DNA from: Basidiobolus meristosporus CBS 931.73
Lineage: Eukaryota > Fungi > Basidiobolomycota
Length of the DNA stretch: 64,000 bases
Direction of reading: 5' to 3'
Assembly (NCBI GenBank): GCA_002104905.1
Contig: MCFE01000059.1
Location: 62,001 to 126,000, forward strand
Numbering within the stretch: the first letter of the stretch is position 1; the number at the start of each line of letters is the position of its first letter. Shown piece after piece: positions 52,018 through 62,462 of the stretch. The notes under the pieces are model-generated. The model was not told where the DNA came from and ran no database searches. It saw nothing but the letters and a program-made list of their open reading frames with translations. The position numbers were made by a program, and so were the translations under genes.

Positions 52018-52302
52018 TGTATAGAAATGGTAGGGATGGTGACAAAGTTTGACCATGTGTTAAGGGTACTGGTGCAGGTACTTGCCTAGTATAGAAGTAC
52101 TTACAGCTAGTAATCTTACATAAAGTGAGGGATAACTTATGCAATATGGTAAGCAGGTGTGATAGTCAGCTGGCTTATGGGATAGTACTGACCAAGCAAG
52201 ACAAATGGGATAAAACTAAAATAAGTGTAGTAGAGAAATAGGGAAGTAGAAAATATGCACATAAGCACATCTGCCATTGAGTGTCACTGTGACCCCACTA
52301 CA
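52018..52302 (-). mobile_element. Solo LTR of gypsy family G1
   Basis: Reverse complement matches 8791-9000. TG..CA ends, no TSD (flanks TCCAT and CTGCT). Confidence 0.85.
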
Positions 52303-53252
52303 CTGCTGTCTTTGTTGCTTTGAGCAAACTGAGTCAGGTGAGCTTGTGATGCCTTTAGGCTCACCTCAACCTTCTGAATATGGCATGCAAAGTGATAGCT
52401 TGCATGAAGAAGGCTCACTGATGGATTGTGAATGTATCTCCCCTAACAACAGTATCACACATGAACCTGGTCAAATCCCAATACACAATGAGATAACACC
52501 TGCTGAAACAAATGCCAAGGATGATTTATGGAGCCAAGTGAGACCACTAATCCATCTACTGTTGAATGATGTAATGCTGTAGCTAGAGAAGTGGTTTGTT
52601 CCACTAATATCAGGAATGGAGGCTTTGCAAATTTATTACTACTTCTTGCCAAAATCATTTGGGGATGCAACTTACCATGTGCATAGAACAAGTAGACTAC
52701 CATCATGCAGCTGGCAACATATGACTCACAGACTGACCTGACTCCTGTATGTGTCAACAGTTGCATGGCATTCACATCCAAAAGGCCACCATTGCAATGT
52801 GTCCAAATTGTCAGGAGTCCACCACCATTGAGGGCAAGCATTGTTTACACTCTGAATATATTCAAGTAATTCCCTTTATAAAGAAGCTCATGCTGTCCTA
52901 CAAATATTGCAAAGCCTTAAAGTTCTGCACTTAGTATCAACCAAGTACAAACATATCCAATATATTTGATAGCAAACATTACAAGCAGCTAAGAAGTAAG
53001 GGCTACTTTGAAGGTACGTAAGACCATGCCTTTGCCTTAGCACTTGATGGATTCTTATTAAACAAGTACTCTATCAGCAAATCCTGCTGGCCACTGATTC
53101 TCATCAGCCTGTATTGGCCACCTATCTTAGGGTATCAGAGCAAAAATCTGATAGTAGTCTCACTGGCATCTGGGCTTATCTCAACATCCAACCTGGATAG
53201 CTACCTGCAACCATTGCCAGATGTATTTTGTATGCTTTCCAGCAGGATAGGT

Positions 53253-53463
53253 AGACTTGTTCCATTGTGCCATTGAGCATAGTGCCAGAAAGTGCTGCAT
53301 ATTTTGTTATTAATTTGATATTTTAGGGTCATATACATGTCAATTTTGATCCCAAATTGGCACTGTATGGCACCATCTGGCACTCTGTGGCATGATCAGG
53401 CACCATCTGGCATGCTATGGCACTATTGGGCACTATGATCAGCTGGAATGATGGAACAAGTCC
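53253..53463. mobile_element. 211-bp Harbinger-family MITE inside the CMC D transposase
   Basis: AGACTTGTTCCATT...ATGGAACAAGTCC with internal GGCAC/GTGCC repeats. It replaces ~130 bp present in copy A. Confidence 0.8.
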
Positions 53464-53578
53464 CATAACTCAAACACATTATTATTACCCAAACACCAAC
53501 ACTAAGAGCATCATCTTCCCATGGAGAGAACATACAGAAGTTAGCATGCAATTGCAGCAAAGTTGGCAAGCTATAAGC

Positions 53579-53956
53579 TGTGGGTTATCACTGACTGTTC
53601 TTTGTAAGTGTGAGAGCTTTTAGGACAAGTCAGTACCACTTGGTTCAGAATAGCTTCCAATAGAAGGTAGCAAGGTAATAAAGACTTGTGTTTATTCTGT
53701 CCAAATCTTCCTGTCCTCTCACTAGGTTCAATTGGATAGATATATATATATCACTTGAGGGGCTTAGATAATAGACAATGTGTTATAAAATAGGGGTGTG
53801 AACACCTTCCTGTTATGGTAAGTGTTCTAACTAGATAAGGGCAGGAATAGGAGGGAGGACATGTGGGGGGATCATAGGGAGGATACTGGGGGAATTTGGG
53901 TAGGACTCAGGGGAGAACTCTTGGGCAAAGAGTGGGTACTACATTTAGTACTCATA
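53579..53956 (-). mobile_element. Solo LTR of gypsy G3 with 5-bp TSD TAAGC
   Basis: Matches 6765-7137. TAAGC at 53574-53578 and 53957-53961. The empty site GCTATAAGCCATTGG is seen in copy A at ~6542. Confidence 0.92.
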
Positions 53957-55698
53957 TAAGCCATTGGCCAGAATATGGATTCAATTGGAAACCAGAGATA
54001 CTTAAGATAGAGGTTATCTGTTGGTGCAAAAGCTTTCCACAGGGAGCAATGCATTTGCTTTTCAACAGTAACCCAATACTGATGACCACATTGTACATGG
54101 GGCATTTCAGGTTAAATGAACCCTTTGAGATACCAGAAAATCTTAAAAGAATTGCCAAGATTTTAAAGAGTATCTGCTACCCTAAGTACTTCTCATGGGC
54201 TCCAATCAATATGCAAATGCATATGCAACAATACTAATGCAAAGACTGGATGAACTGGATATGTATTTATTCAAGTGGAGTTCTGAAGCCATTGCTACCA
54301 AGAGTGCATTGGAAGCATTGGGAGTTGTATGCAGACATTGTAGGAGTTTTTATCCAGAAACAGATCACCAATGCCAACTTGACACATCTATAGCTGTTGT
54401 GCAAGGAGCTTGTAACAGGATTTGAGAGGCTATACTACAAGCTTAAAGCTGAAAGTGTAGATCTGTGCCACTACTGTATCCATTCTCTACTCCATCTTGC
54501 TTGGTGTGTAGAGAATATTGGGCCTTGCTCCACCTTTTGGGAGTTTCCTATGGTGCATATGTGTGAGGAGATAGGAAGACAAGTCAAGTTGCAGGTACTA
54601 CCATATCCCAATCTCATCAAGAATGTTACCTTCAAGTCTGTCATGGATGTGATGAGTTGGCACATGGAGGACAGCCAGGAAAGGTTGGAAAATACTGAGG
54701 ACAGATGTGCACATGGAGACACCTATGCCTATGGCATTAAGAAGCTAAGCAGTCCCAATGTGTGGGCAATCAGTTAAGTAATGCAAAGTTGGGTTGGGTG
54801 CAACAAGCAACTAATTCTTATTAGGAAAACTCTACCAAGGTATTCCTGATTTCTCTTGGTCACAAGCCAATTTCTACACCATTCAATGTGGACTTCACAC
54901 AAACAAGAGCCAGAGTGCACCTATAAGGGGGACTATAATCCAGCAGGGAGAAGGAATATATTGGCTAAATACCAAAAAGTTCTTTACAGATATTCAGGAG
55001 GTATTCAGGGCAGAAGAGGTGGCAACCAATCATATATTTACAAGATGTATATGTTACCAGCAGTACAAAGTATATGGCAACTTTGCAAGTATCACATTAA
55101 AAAGCCATAAAGTTGAGGTGACAGAAGTATGTCAATTGCAGCAGGTGTGTGTGTTTGTAAAGGTTAGTAAGCAGGAGGCCATAGTTTTTTTGATTCAAAC
55201 TATAGGTGGAATACCCAAGGTAGTAGCAGGTAAGCAAATAAAGAGGGGTGATTCTACAATGGAATATATGAATTGCATAAGGGGAGGTAGAGAAAGGAAA
55301 TACCATTTGGTAAATTGGTACAGTAACATTATACAGAACTAGCTGTAGGGTGCCATGCTGCCATGATAATGCCATCAGAGACTTACAATGAGGCTGTCAA
55401 AATACCTTCAAGTTTTTTGCCATATAAGGCAATTGGATATACTGGCTGGTTAGATCCATTTAAATAGTTGTAGAGCACATTAAGACTGCAACAATGCCAT
55501 GCAATTATTGTCACAGTACCAATCAAGCCCTGTCAAGTTTTATATATTTATTTGGCAGTAAAATTAGCAAAACACTATCATGATCCCATCATAAGATCAT
55601 CAAGAGGGTCACTAATTCCAAGCTGCCAGTTTGTAATGGGATCCTGATGGCCAATCTGGATTGGATCCACACGCAGGACCAAACTGTTTTTCATAGGG

Positions 55699-56556
55699 AG
55701 TCAGCTGAGCTATACTCCTGTGAGGTGGATGAGATTGCAGAGAACTGCAATATCTCTGCAATAGCCTCCATGTCCTTCATTGTAAACAGAGTGGAGATTT
55801 CACTGACAGACAAGAAAAAAACTTTAAGAAATCAAGCAACTATCATAATGCATACAATGGAATTGCGGAACATCAATAGGCACACAAAGAGATTGCATCA
55901 CTTCTTCAAGAGCAGTGCTCACAAAAACCCACTTGAATATTGCCAGGATTTATTGCAAGAACTGGCAGATGTGGTGCTAGAACTGGCAGTGCTAGCTGAA
56001 GACCAGGATATATGGGAATCAGTGAATGAACTATGGGGTATAGCCATAGGGTTCCTGCACAAGTCTTGGAAAAAGAGAATTATGGCAGAAGCACCTATTG
56101 AATGGCAGATTTTAATGGAGCTCCTTGTTGAGTGTAAGGTTGCACTTAATGTTAGCATTGGGTATAGGGACTTGTATAGGTAAGTGCAATTGGCAATTGA
56201 GTTTCAATTGCATACTCAAGGGAAATAAACCAACTTGTGTACATGAGATGTAAGAGCATTAGTTGAGTGAGGAAGCAAGGAGTGTGAAAAACAGGCAACA
56301 GCTAAATAACATACACAAACATAGGATGTGATTGAGTGTCTGGGATCAGAAAATGAGAGAATTGGCAGAGAACCAATCAAAAGAAGCTTACACACTGGTG
56401 TGATGAAAATTTTAACCTAATTTTTTGTGAAATCTAAGATGCCAACTTTTTAACAGTCATTGCATGGTGTTCTAATAGCATCAATACCACTTAGTCATGG
56501 GATTTTAATTTTGTGATGGTCTTTTGACAGGATCATGACAGTTTTTTCTCACAGGG
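55699..56556 (+). mobile_element. CMC copy E: ORF2 C-terminus and ORF2-proximal terminus
   Basis: Reverse complement of ~2513-3370. Ends TTTTTTCTCACAGGG. Confidence 0.8.
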
Positions 56557-57960
56557 CTTACATATGAACACAAACAATATTCTTTCTTTAGCTGCTTACT
56601 TACTGGCTTATTTCAATTGAAATTTTGTAAATTACTCACATTTATCTTGTACAGAAGTAAGTCCTTATACCCCCTATTAGTACCTATCCTCAATTCAAAC
56701 TTATCTTCAGTACCACTAGAATCCACCATTTGGCAAGTAACTACGGTCTATCATTCTCTTTGATTTATGTTGCAGAGACTCTATAGCTTTGTACCAAGTA
56801 CTTTCACTGCTGCCCATGCATCCTCTTCTCCTGATAACATGGTAGCATGATAATACACAGCATCACATTAGAACTCACAGATCAGGTCAGACCAGATGTT
56901 ATCAGGATGCAATACTTTGACAAAAACTTTGATAAGACTGGATTCAAGTGACCTGGATTTATATTTGTTATGATAAGATTTGCTGAGATCCTACTAGAGT
57001 ATCAGATATCTAGCTGCCTGGTAACAACAACATTAACATTTCCAAGGCTGTTCAACTGTCCAGCAGTAAGTGCTTATGGGAAGCCCAAGCTTTGCAAATG
57101 ACATCAGTAATATACAGAAAGATTTATTATTACTGTTGTAAATCCTACATATATGAGGATAATTTGGAATTTTGGCTAATGGAGGTCTAGTACAATTCCC
57201 AAAGCTACTCCAAAGCTCCAAATTTGACCTTCAGTTAAATGGGAAAGCTTTAATTGTGACCATACTATTGTATGACCTTGGCCAATAAACAACATATAAG
57301 AATGTGTTGGCTAGAAAACCAAAAGATCCATGGTTGGCTCCTGTAAATACCTATAGAAAAAGATCAGAGTCAAGTACATGCGGCTTTAAGAGCTTTAAAG
57401 GCTACAAAATAATCATGGTGGTTTCAATTGGTAAAGAAACTGAGGTGTACAGATGTTCGCATCTGAAAAAATGGTACATACTACTTAAATTAACAGAGCG
57501 GTACTTCCACGGTGCCTCTGCCCAATACATACTGCCTGAAAATCAAAGCACTGCAGGTAGCTAAGCTAGTATGAAGTTTTTGATGGATTAATTCCTGACT
57601 AAAGCCCAATCTTGATTAGGGAATTGATGGCTCATGTTGTATTGTAAACAATTCACTTGTGAGTAGTAAAAGATCAATGGATTCAATTAATCCAGTGCTC
57701 ACCGCATGCCCGATGCTCCACCATGCGGATTTGGAATGTCACAACGTGCTAAATCTACGGGGGAGAGAAGACTGAAATTACGTGCGAAACCCTCACTCTA
57801 CGTTTTGCTCAAGTCATCGCTATCAAGATCAGTAGCCAGTTGCTTTCCTTGTGCCGCACAGCCACCTCTGCGGAATCGCCTATCAAAGCACAGCCTAGGG
57901 TCGAAACATTCACACCGGGCTATGCCTAGTATAGCAAGACGAAAAAGGCTTATTTCCTAG

Positions 57961-58683
57961 GCGACCTGTTCCTCCAGGTTCCGAACGACTCTGGTTCACA
58001 TATGAAAGTCATGACAAAGAGCATTTGGTAATTTGTTAGCTGATACTGAAACCCAAATACTCTTCTGGTAATTGAGGCATATTGATCGTGAGTATCCATC
58101 GGCCTTTGCCACAATGTTGTCCATTGAATTTTTATTAGGACCGCTTTGCCGATATATCCAGTATAAGATGCATTTGGGATGAGAACTGAGTTTTGCCACT
58201 TCTGTGATGTATACACATCGTTAGAGAACAATTGATTTGCCGTTAGAAGGGAATGCATCGAATCATGCTCCCTACTGAGCCTAGTCAACACAGTCCTGCA
58301 TTAATGCAGAAATTTAGCAGGAGTAACCATGAGCACGTATTCTATGTCTCACCACAAGAAAGCTTAAATCGCTTTAACGTCGTGATTGGACGGACATTCC
58401 AATCATTTTTCACGGCTGATTTCCCACAAGATCTAATTGTAAGTGATTCTAATGTCTGCTCTACCTCTCATTGGCCAAGTGGGGTGAATCCACCTTGAGT
58501 ATCAAGTCGGTGTATAAATTACCTAATCTTAACAGAACCCTGTCACTTGACCGCCTGGTGTATTCGTTTGCTTCCGCACCAATTAGAGTTCGAGTTGCAC
58601 ATATGGTGCGATTTGATGAAGCACTTTATTATATACAAAATAGGCTACGTCAAGAATTTGGCTATACTTGTGTGGTATCCTAA
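57961..58683 (+). CDS. Possible multi-exon host gene of unknown function; exon structure uncertain
   Basis: Normal CpG content. Open segments (RPVPPGSERLWFTYESHDKEHL; 58253-58439; 58507-58683) are separated by GT..AG-like sequences, e.g. GTAAGT at 58440. Confidence 0.3.
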
Positions 58684-58772
58684 GACTTGGAATCTGTAGA
58701 AGTCTCATTAGCCTCAGTTGAATTATTGAGCTGCGACTGATTAATATGTTTTAAATAAACAACCAAAATTTG

Positions 58773-59336
58773 TTAGGCGGAACCCCAAATTTTCTGCTTC
58801 AGGAATAGAAGGGCAGTAAGAATGAGTAACGGCTGGATGTGGGGGTGTGTAACTTGTCTGGTTAATACTAAGCGACCAATTTTGCGACAATCTTCGCCAG
58901 CATCGTACTTGAACTGAGCGACGAGAGCCTTCTCTGTGGCAGTAAAGCATCTCAGGTAACAATCGTGCTCATAATCCCAAAAATACTTGACTCCAAGAAC
59001 TTCGAGACCGTACACGCCGCCCTTTGAGGCGGGTCTTGAGAACTTTATACGTGTACTAAAACATGGGCTGTATATCTTGATATATCCTAGTAGCGACCTA
59101 CTCTTCGCAATAAAAAGCTCCTCTCCTGCAATACTATCGAATACTCTAACTTTACTGCCAAATAGGCACTTCTTCAAAATCATTGTATAGCATATCTGAC
59201 ATTTTGTACGAATAACAGCCTCCTCGTTATCTCCCAGTTCGAATTCGAAAGCTACTTGGCCCATTCTCAGAGAGGATGTGGTGCTTGATATGGATATTGC
59301 TCTGGAATTATGGGTAGGATAAACAGCCGTCATCAA
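58773..59336 (-). CDS. Single-exon ~187-aa protein, tubby C-terminal/LURP-one-like fold suspected
   Basis: Uninterrupted ORF in CpG-normal DNA. The pattern G.KYFW...LRC.....LVAQF....IGRLVL....PLLILTAL resembles fungal tubby-like small proteins. Family call is from memory. Confidence 0.65.
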   Translation of the reverse strand: MMTAVYPTHNSRAISISSTTSSLRMGQVAFEFELGDNEEAVIRTKCQICYTMILKKCLFGSKVRVFDSIAGEELFIAKSRSLLGYIKIYSPCFSTRIKFSRPASKGGVYGLEVLGVKYFWDYEHDCYLRCFTATEKALVAQFKYDAGEDCRKIGRLVLTRQVTHPHIQPLLILTALLFLKQKIWGSA

Positions 59337-60895
59337 AGAAGGTAGAATTTTGAGGGGGAGGTTTGAAGTAAACAGACGACTCCAGCAGTAGTACCTTCGT
59401 GGATAGTCCGTCTTTTATATCAAGGTTTCCGGTTTAAATAGTGGCAAACAGCTCCCACCTGCCCCCATGTTAGTAACACGGAATCTCAACTGGGTTTGCC
59501 TCGATCTTTGACATCATATTTCCAATCAACAATTGTATTGTTTAAGATAAGATAAAAAGCATCAGTCTTATCCGGCCTTCACCAACGCAGCATTGGTCTG
59601 GTAACGCTGAAATTGGGATGTGTTAGCCAGTGAAGAGCCACCGCCATACCCACCGGAAGTTGTAATCCTCAGCTTTCATTGCTTCAAGCAGTAAGTGCAA
59701 ATTGAGATGCAGTTGAATATGACTCGCCCCAGGTAGACTTTACTGATGGGCAGTCCATTTTAGGATATTAGCCATACCTTGGATTTCCTCTATAGCCTCT
59801 AAATTCAATATTTAGAGCATTAACCAAAAGTTCTCTTCCTCTGCATTGATACTTGGGCTAGGCAGTGCATTCAAAATAACCCTCATTGGTCCTTGTTATT
59901 CTTGAATTGCACCTGCCCTTTGCTGATGGATTCAAGCAGGCAACACCAATCCAGTTGAGCAGCCTAGGGTTGATCAGCATCCACTTATTGGGACAAAGTC
60001 ACAGCTATTTCACCCACTTTTCTTATCCTGAGTGACTATTGCGTTTCAACTGTATAGGTGGAGGGTTGCTATGCCTCAGCAACAAAAATTGCCATACCCA
60101 GGAAATCTGATCATTGCCAAGGCAGTATTTGGATTAGTACTGAGAACATGCATGGTGAAGATTCCCCAAACTCTATAGATATGTAGAGCTTCGAGCTGTC
60201 AGATATCTCCTGAAACAGAATATTTACACCTCAAAGCAACAAATTAGCAACTTCCCCAAAGTTGCCCATACCTGATGCACTAAGCAATGGAATGGATGTG
60301 GATATTGGTATAAGGCTCAACTAAAACATACAAGTGTGCTGTAATCCGTTCTCACAAGTAAACATAAGATAATCCTCTAACATTTCAAAGCGCTGCCGAT
60401 GACGTCAGATTCGAATACCCCCCTGAGTTCTCGCACCGCGTCATTCTCGCCGACCCTCGGGGCCGTTCCAATGCTACCATCCACGGCCTAAAACACGCCA
60501 ACTGATTTAGATTTTGTGATTCCCCTTATATGTCAAACGACGCCTTCTCATTCCTATCTACCGTGGCCATGTGCGACTGGGAGGTGCGAAGCTTGCTTGC
60601 AATCGAATTTGATACTTTCCACAATACACACCTGTGGTTGAGGGTACGGAACAAGGACCTACTATAACCATTAAGGCCGTCGGCATGTAAATCCCCGTCA
60701 CAGCAAGATTCCCAAGTTCCAATTTTGGATATATGGCCTATCGCCTACTGGAAAACCTTCCTGTACTAAACTACACTTGTACAATAACTTCGAATATATC
60801 TAAAAATACACGATTGGAGCCATCATCAAGTGGATGCTGAGACATGACTCTGATTAGTACCACACTTGAGTTATTTTTAGCCTCCGTTACATTAC

Positions 60896-61215
60896 GGGAA
60901 TTCCCATGCCGGCTTGGCTTCGATCATAACTACGCTCAACATGGAATAGATGCTCAGATCTTCAGCGCGCCCAACCGCCCTCCACTGCAGAATTCAAATC
61001 GATCATAAGGCCCCAATTTTAAGGCACCCATCTCGAGGCTGTCCATATACCCTTGATTTCCGCCTGTCCATGGGGATGGGTACGCTTGCTCCCGACCCAT
61101 GCCTCGCAGCTATAATCCCAAGGTTGATGAAATACAGCCATGACTGGATGTAAGCAAGAGTTGAAACAAGTACCATGACGGCGAAAATCGTCTGGTATAT
61201 ACAAACCAAAACCAT
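60896..61215 (-). CDS. Possible 3' exons of a small membrane-protein gene
   Basis: A hydrophobic frame (MVLVCIYQTIFAVMVLVSTLAYIQ) followed by a ~66-nt GTATAT..CTGCAG intron candidate that gives an in-frame terminal exon WRAVGRAEDLSIYSML...EFP*. Confidence 0.3.
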
Positions 61216-62462
61216 CTAGTCTCAGCTGGGCACCCTACGCCATTTCCACCGATTTGAGTCAGGCATGGCATTCTGATTCACTTCTCGGCGTCATTTTAGA
61301 TTACTCGTCACACTGGTGGTTATCAAGGTTTTCAACATCCGGCCTCCAGAAGGAGTATTACGACAATAAATAAATGAAATGTCCTATCAGCACAATGGGA
61401 ATTATCTATCGAACAAGAACAATGGCCAATGTAAGTACTCATTCTGTTGCCTCCCGGCGCGACGTTCACCTGCCCCTACGTCTGGTCAACAGGGCATTCG
61501 ATTTATTGATAATTAGTGGATTGATGATTGTTTCCCCGCTACAATTGGACATGAGTATAGAATAGATTAATCTTCTAATTAAAGTCGTGAGCTTTCGCCC
61601 AACAATTAAGAATGGTGATAACAGGCCTCTGGAATCCATCATTATCATGAGGTTGACTTTAGTAAGATCTTGATGTGGGCTGCTGAATCGGATCAGTAGC
61701 CAGTTCGCGGAAATCCACGTTACCAGCTCTAATCTTTAGGATGTAAATTGAATGAGACAATGGTGACCCTCTGGCCAATCCACTATTCAGAAATATTAAA
61801 ATTAGTCGAAGTGTTACTGAGTCCTATATTAGTAAAGAAATTCTGTGAACTCACAGCACCCTATCCAATGATAGCACAGTTCCGCCGCATTCCTGGCTCA
61901 ATGAAAACAACCAAAGCAAAACTCCACTTACGGCGTATGAACATTTTAATGAGCAGCATGATTTTTCTGGCTTGCCGTTACTTTATTTCTAGGTAAATTT
62001 TCTAATGGATTCCAATTGTAAGCCTAGAACCCCGCTAATTAATCGCGGCTCAATTAAGCCACTTTCGATCTGCGCTGAGAATTTCCCTTGATTTAGAACC
62101 CTCTGCCCTAGATGGCCCAATTTTCTATCAGAAATTCGTTAGAATGAAATGAATTGAAACGCTAGCAATTCATTTTTAGAAAGCCAATCTATATTTGGGA
62201 TTCCAAGTCAAATAACGCTGAGTTCAATATAAGTACCGCCACCGCCGCCGCATATTCCACTTCACTAGCCCTGATAAACCCTTCTTTTTAGTTTTTTTGC
62301 TCACTTTCTACAACTTTATTCAATTCGTTACATCCTCTAATTTTGACCAACACCTAAATCGATCGCTAGTTGTGTTTTACTCCTCCGGAAGTACTTCACT
62401 CTACCGTCCTATAGCATAAATATTTTTAGTAAAGTTGAATACTTGTAAAAAGTGCGCATAAT

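Larger units (their letters stand above)
52303..55698 (+). mobile_element. CMC/EnSpm copy D: most complete transposase remnant plus transposase-proximal terminus
   Basis: Aligns with 5350-6764 and 15960-17140. Ends ...TTTTTCATAGGG, the inverse of CCCTATGAAAAA. Confidence 0.85.

Noticed and set aside
521-56158. Numerous 60-130-aa ORFs antisense to or overlapping TE reading frames
   Set aside because: They are shadow frames of TE genes or arise inside palindromes (e.g. the duplicated peptides at 51193-51737); no independent coding evidence.
39775-56556. A single 16.8-kb element bounded by the perfect 15-bp inverted repeat CCCTGTGAGAAAAAA
   Set aside because: No TSD (AAT vs CTT). The 39775 motif lies inside TSD-flanked H1, and the interval contains parts of three CMC copies in conflicting orientations.
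1-56556. Classical Neurospora-type RIP (CpA to TpA)
   Set aside because: CpA and TpG are abundant, and the aligned differences inspected are dominated by CpG sites.
57706-58291. ORFs 57706-57960 (+) and 57950-58291 (-) as stand-alone genes
   Set aside because: No recognisable motifs, and they overlap a plus-strand spliced model that is itself uncertain.
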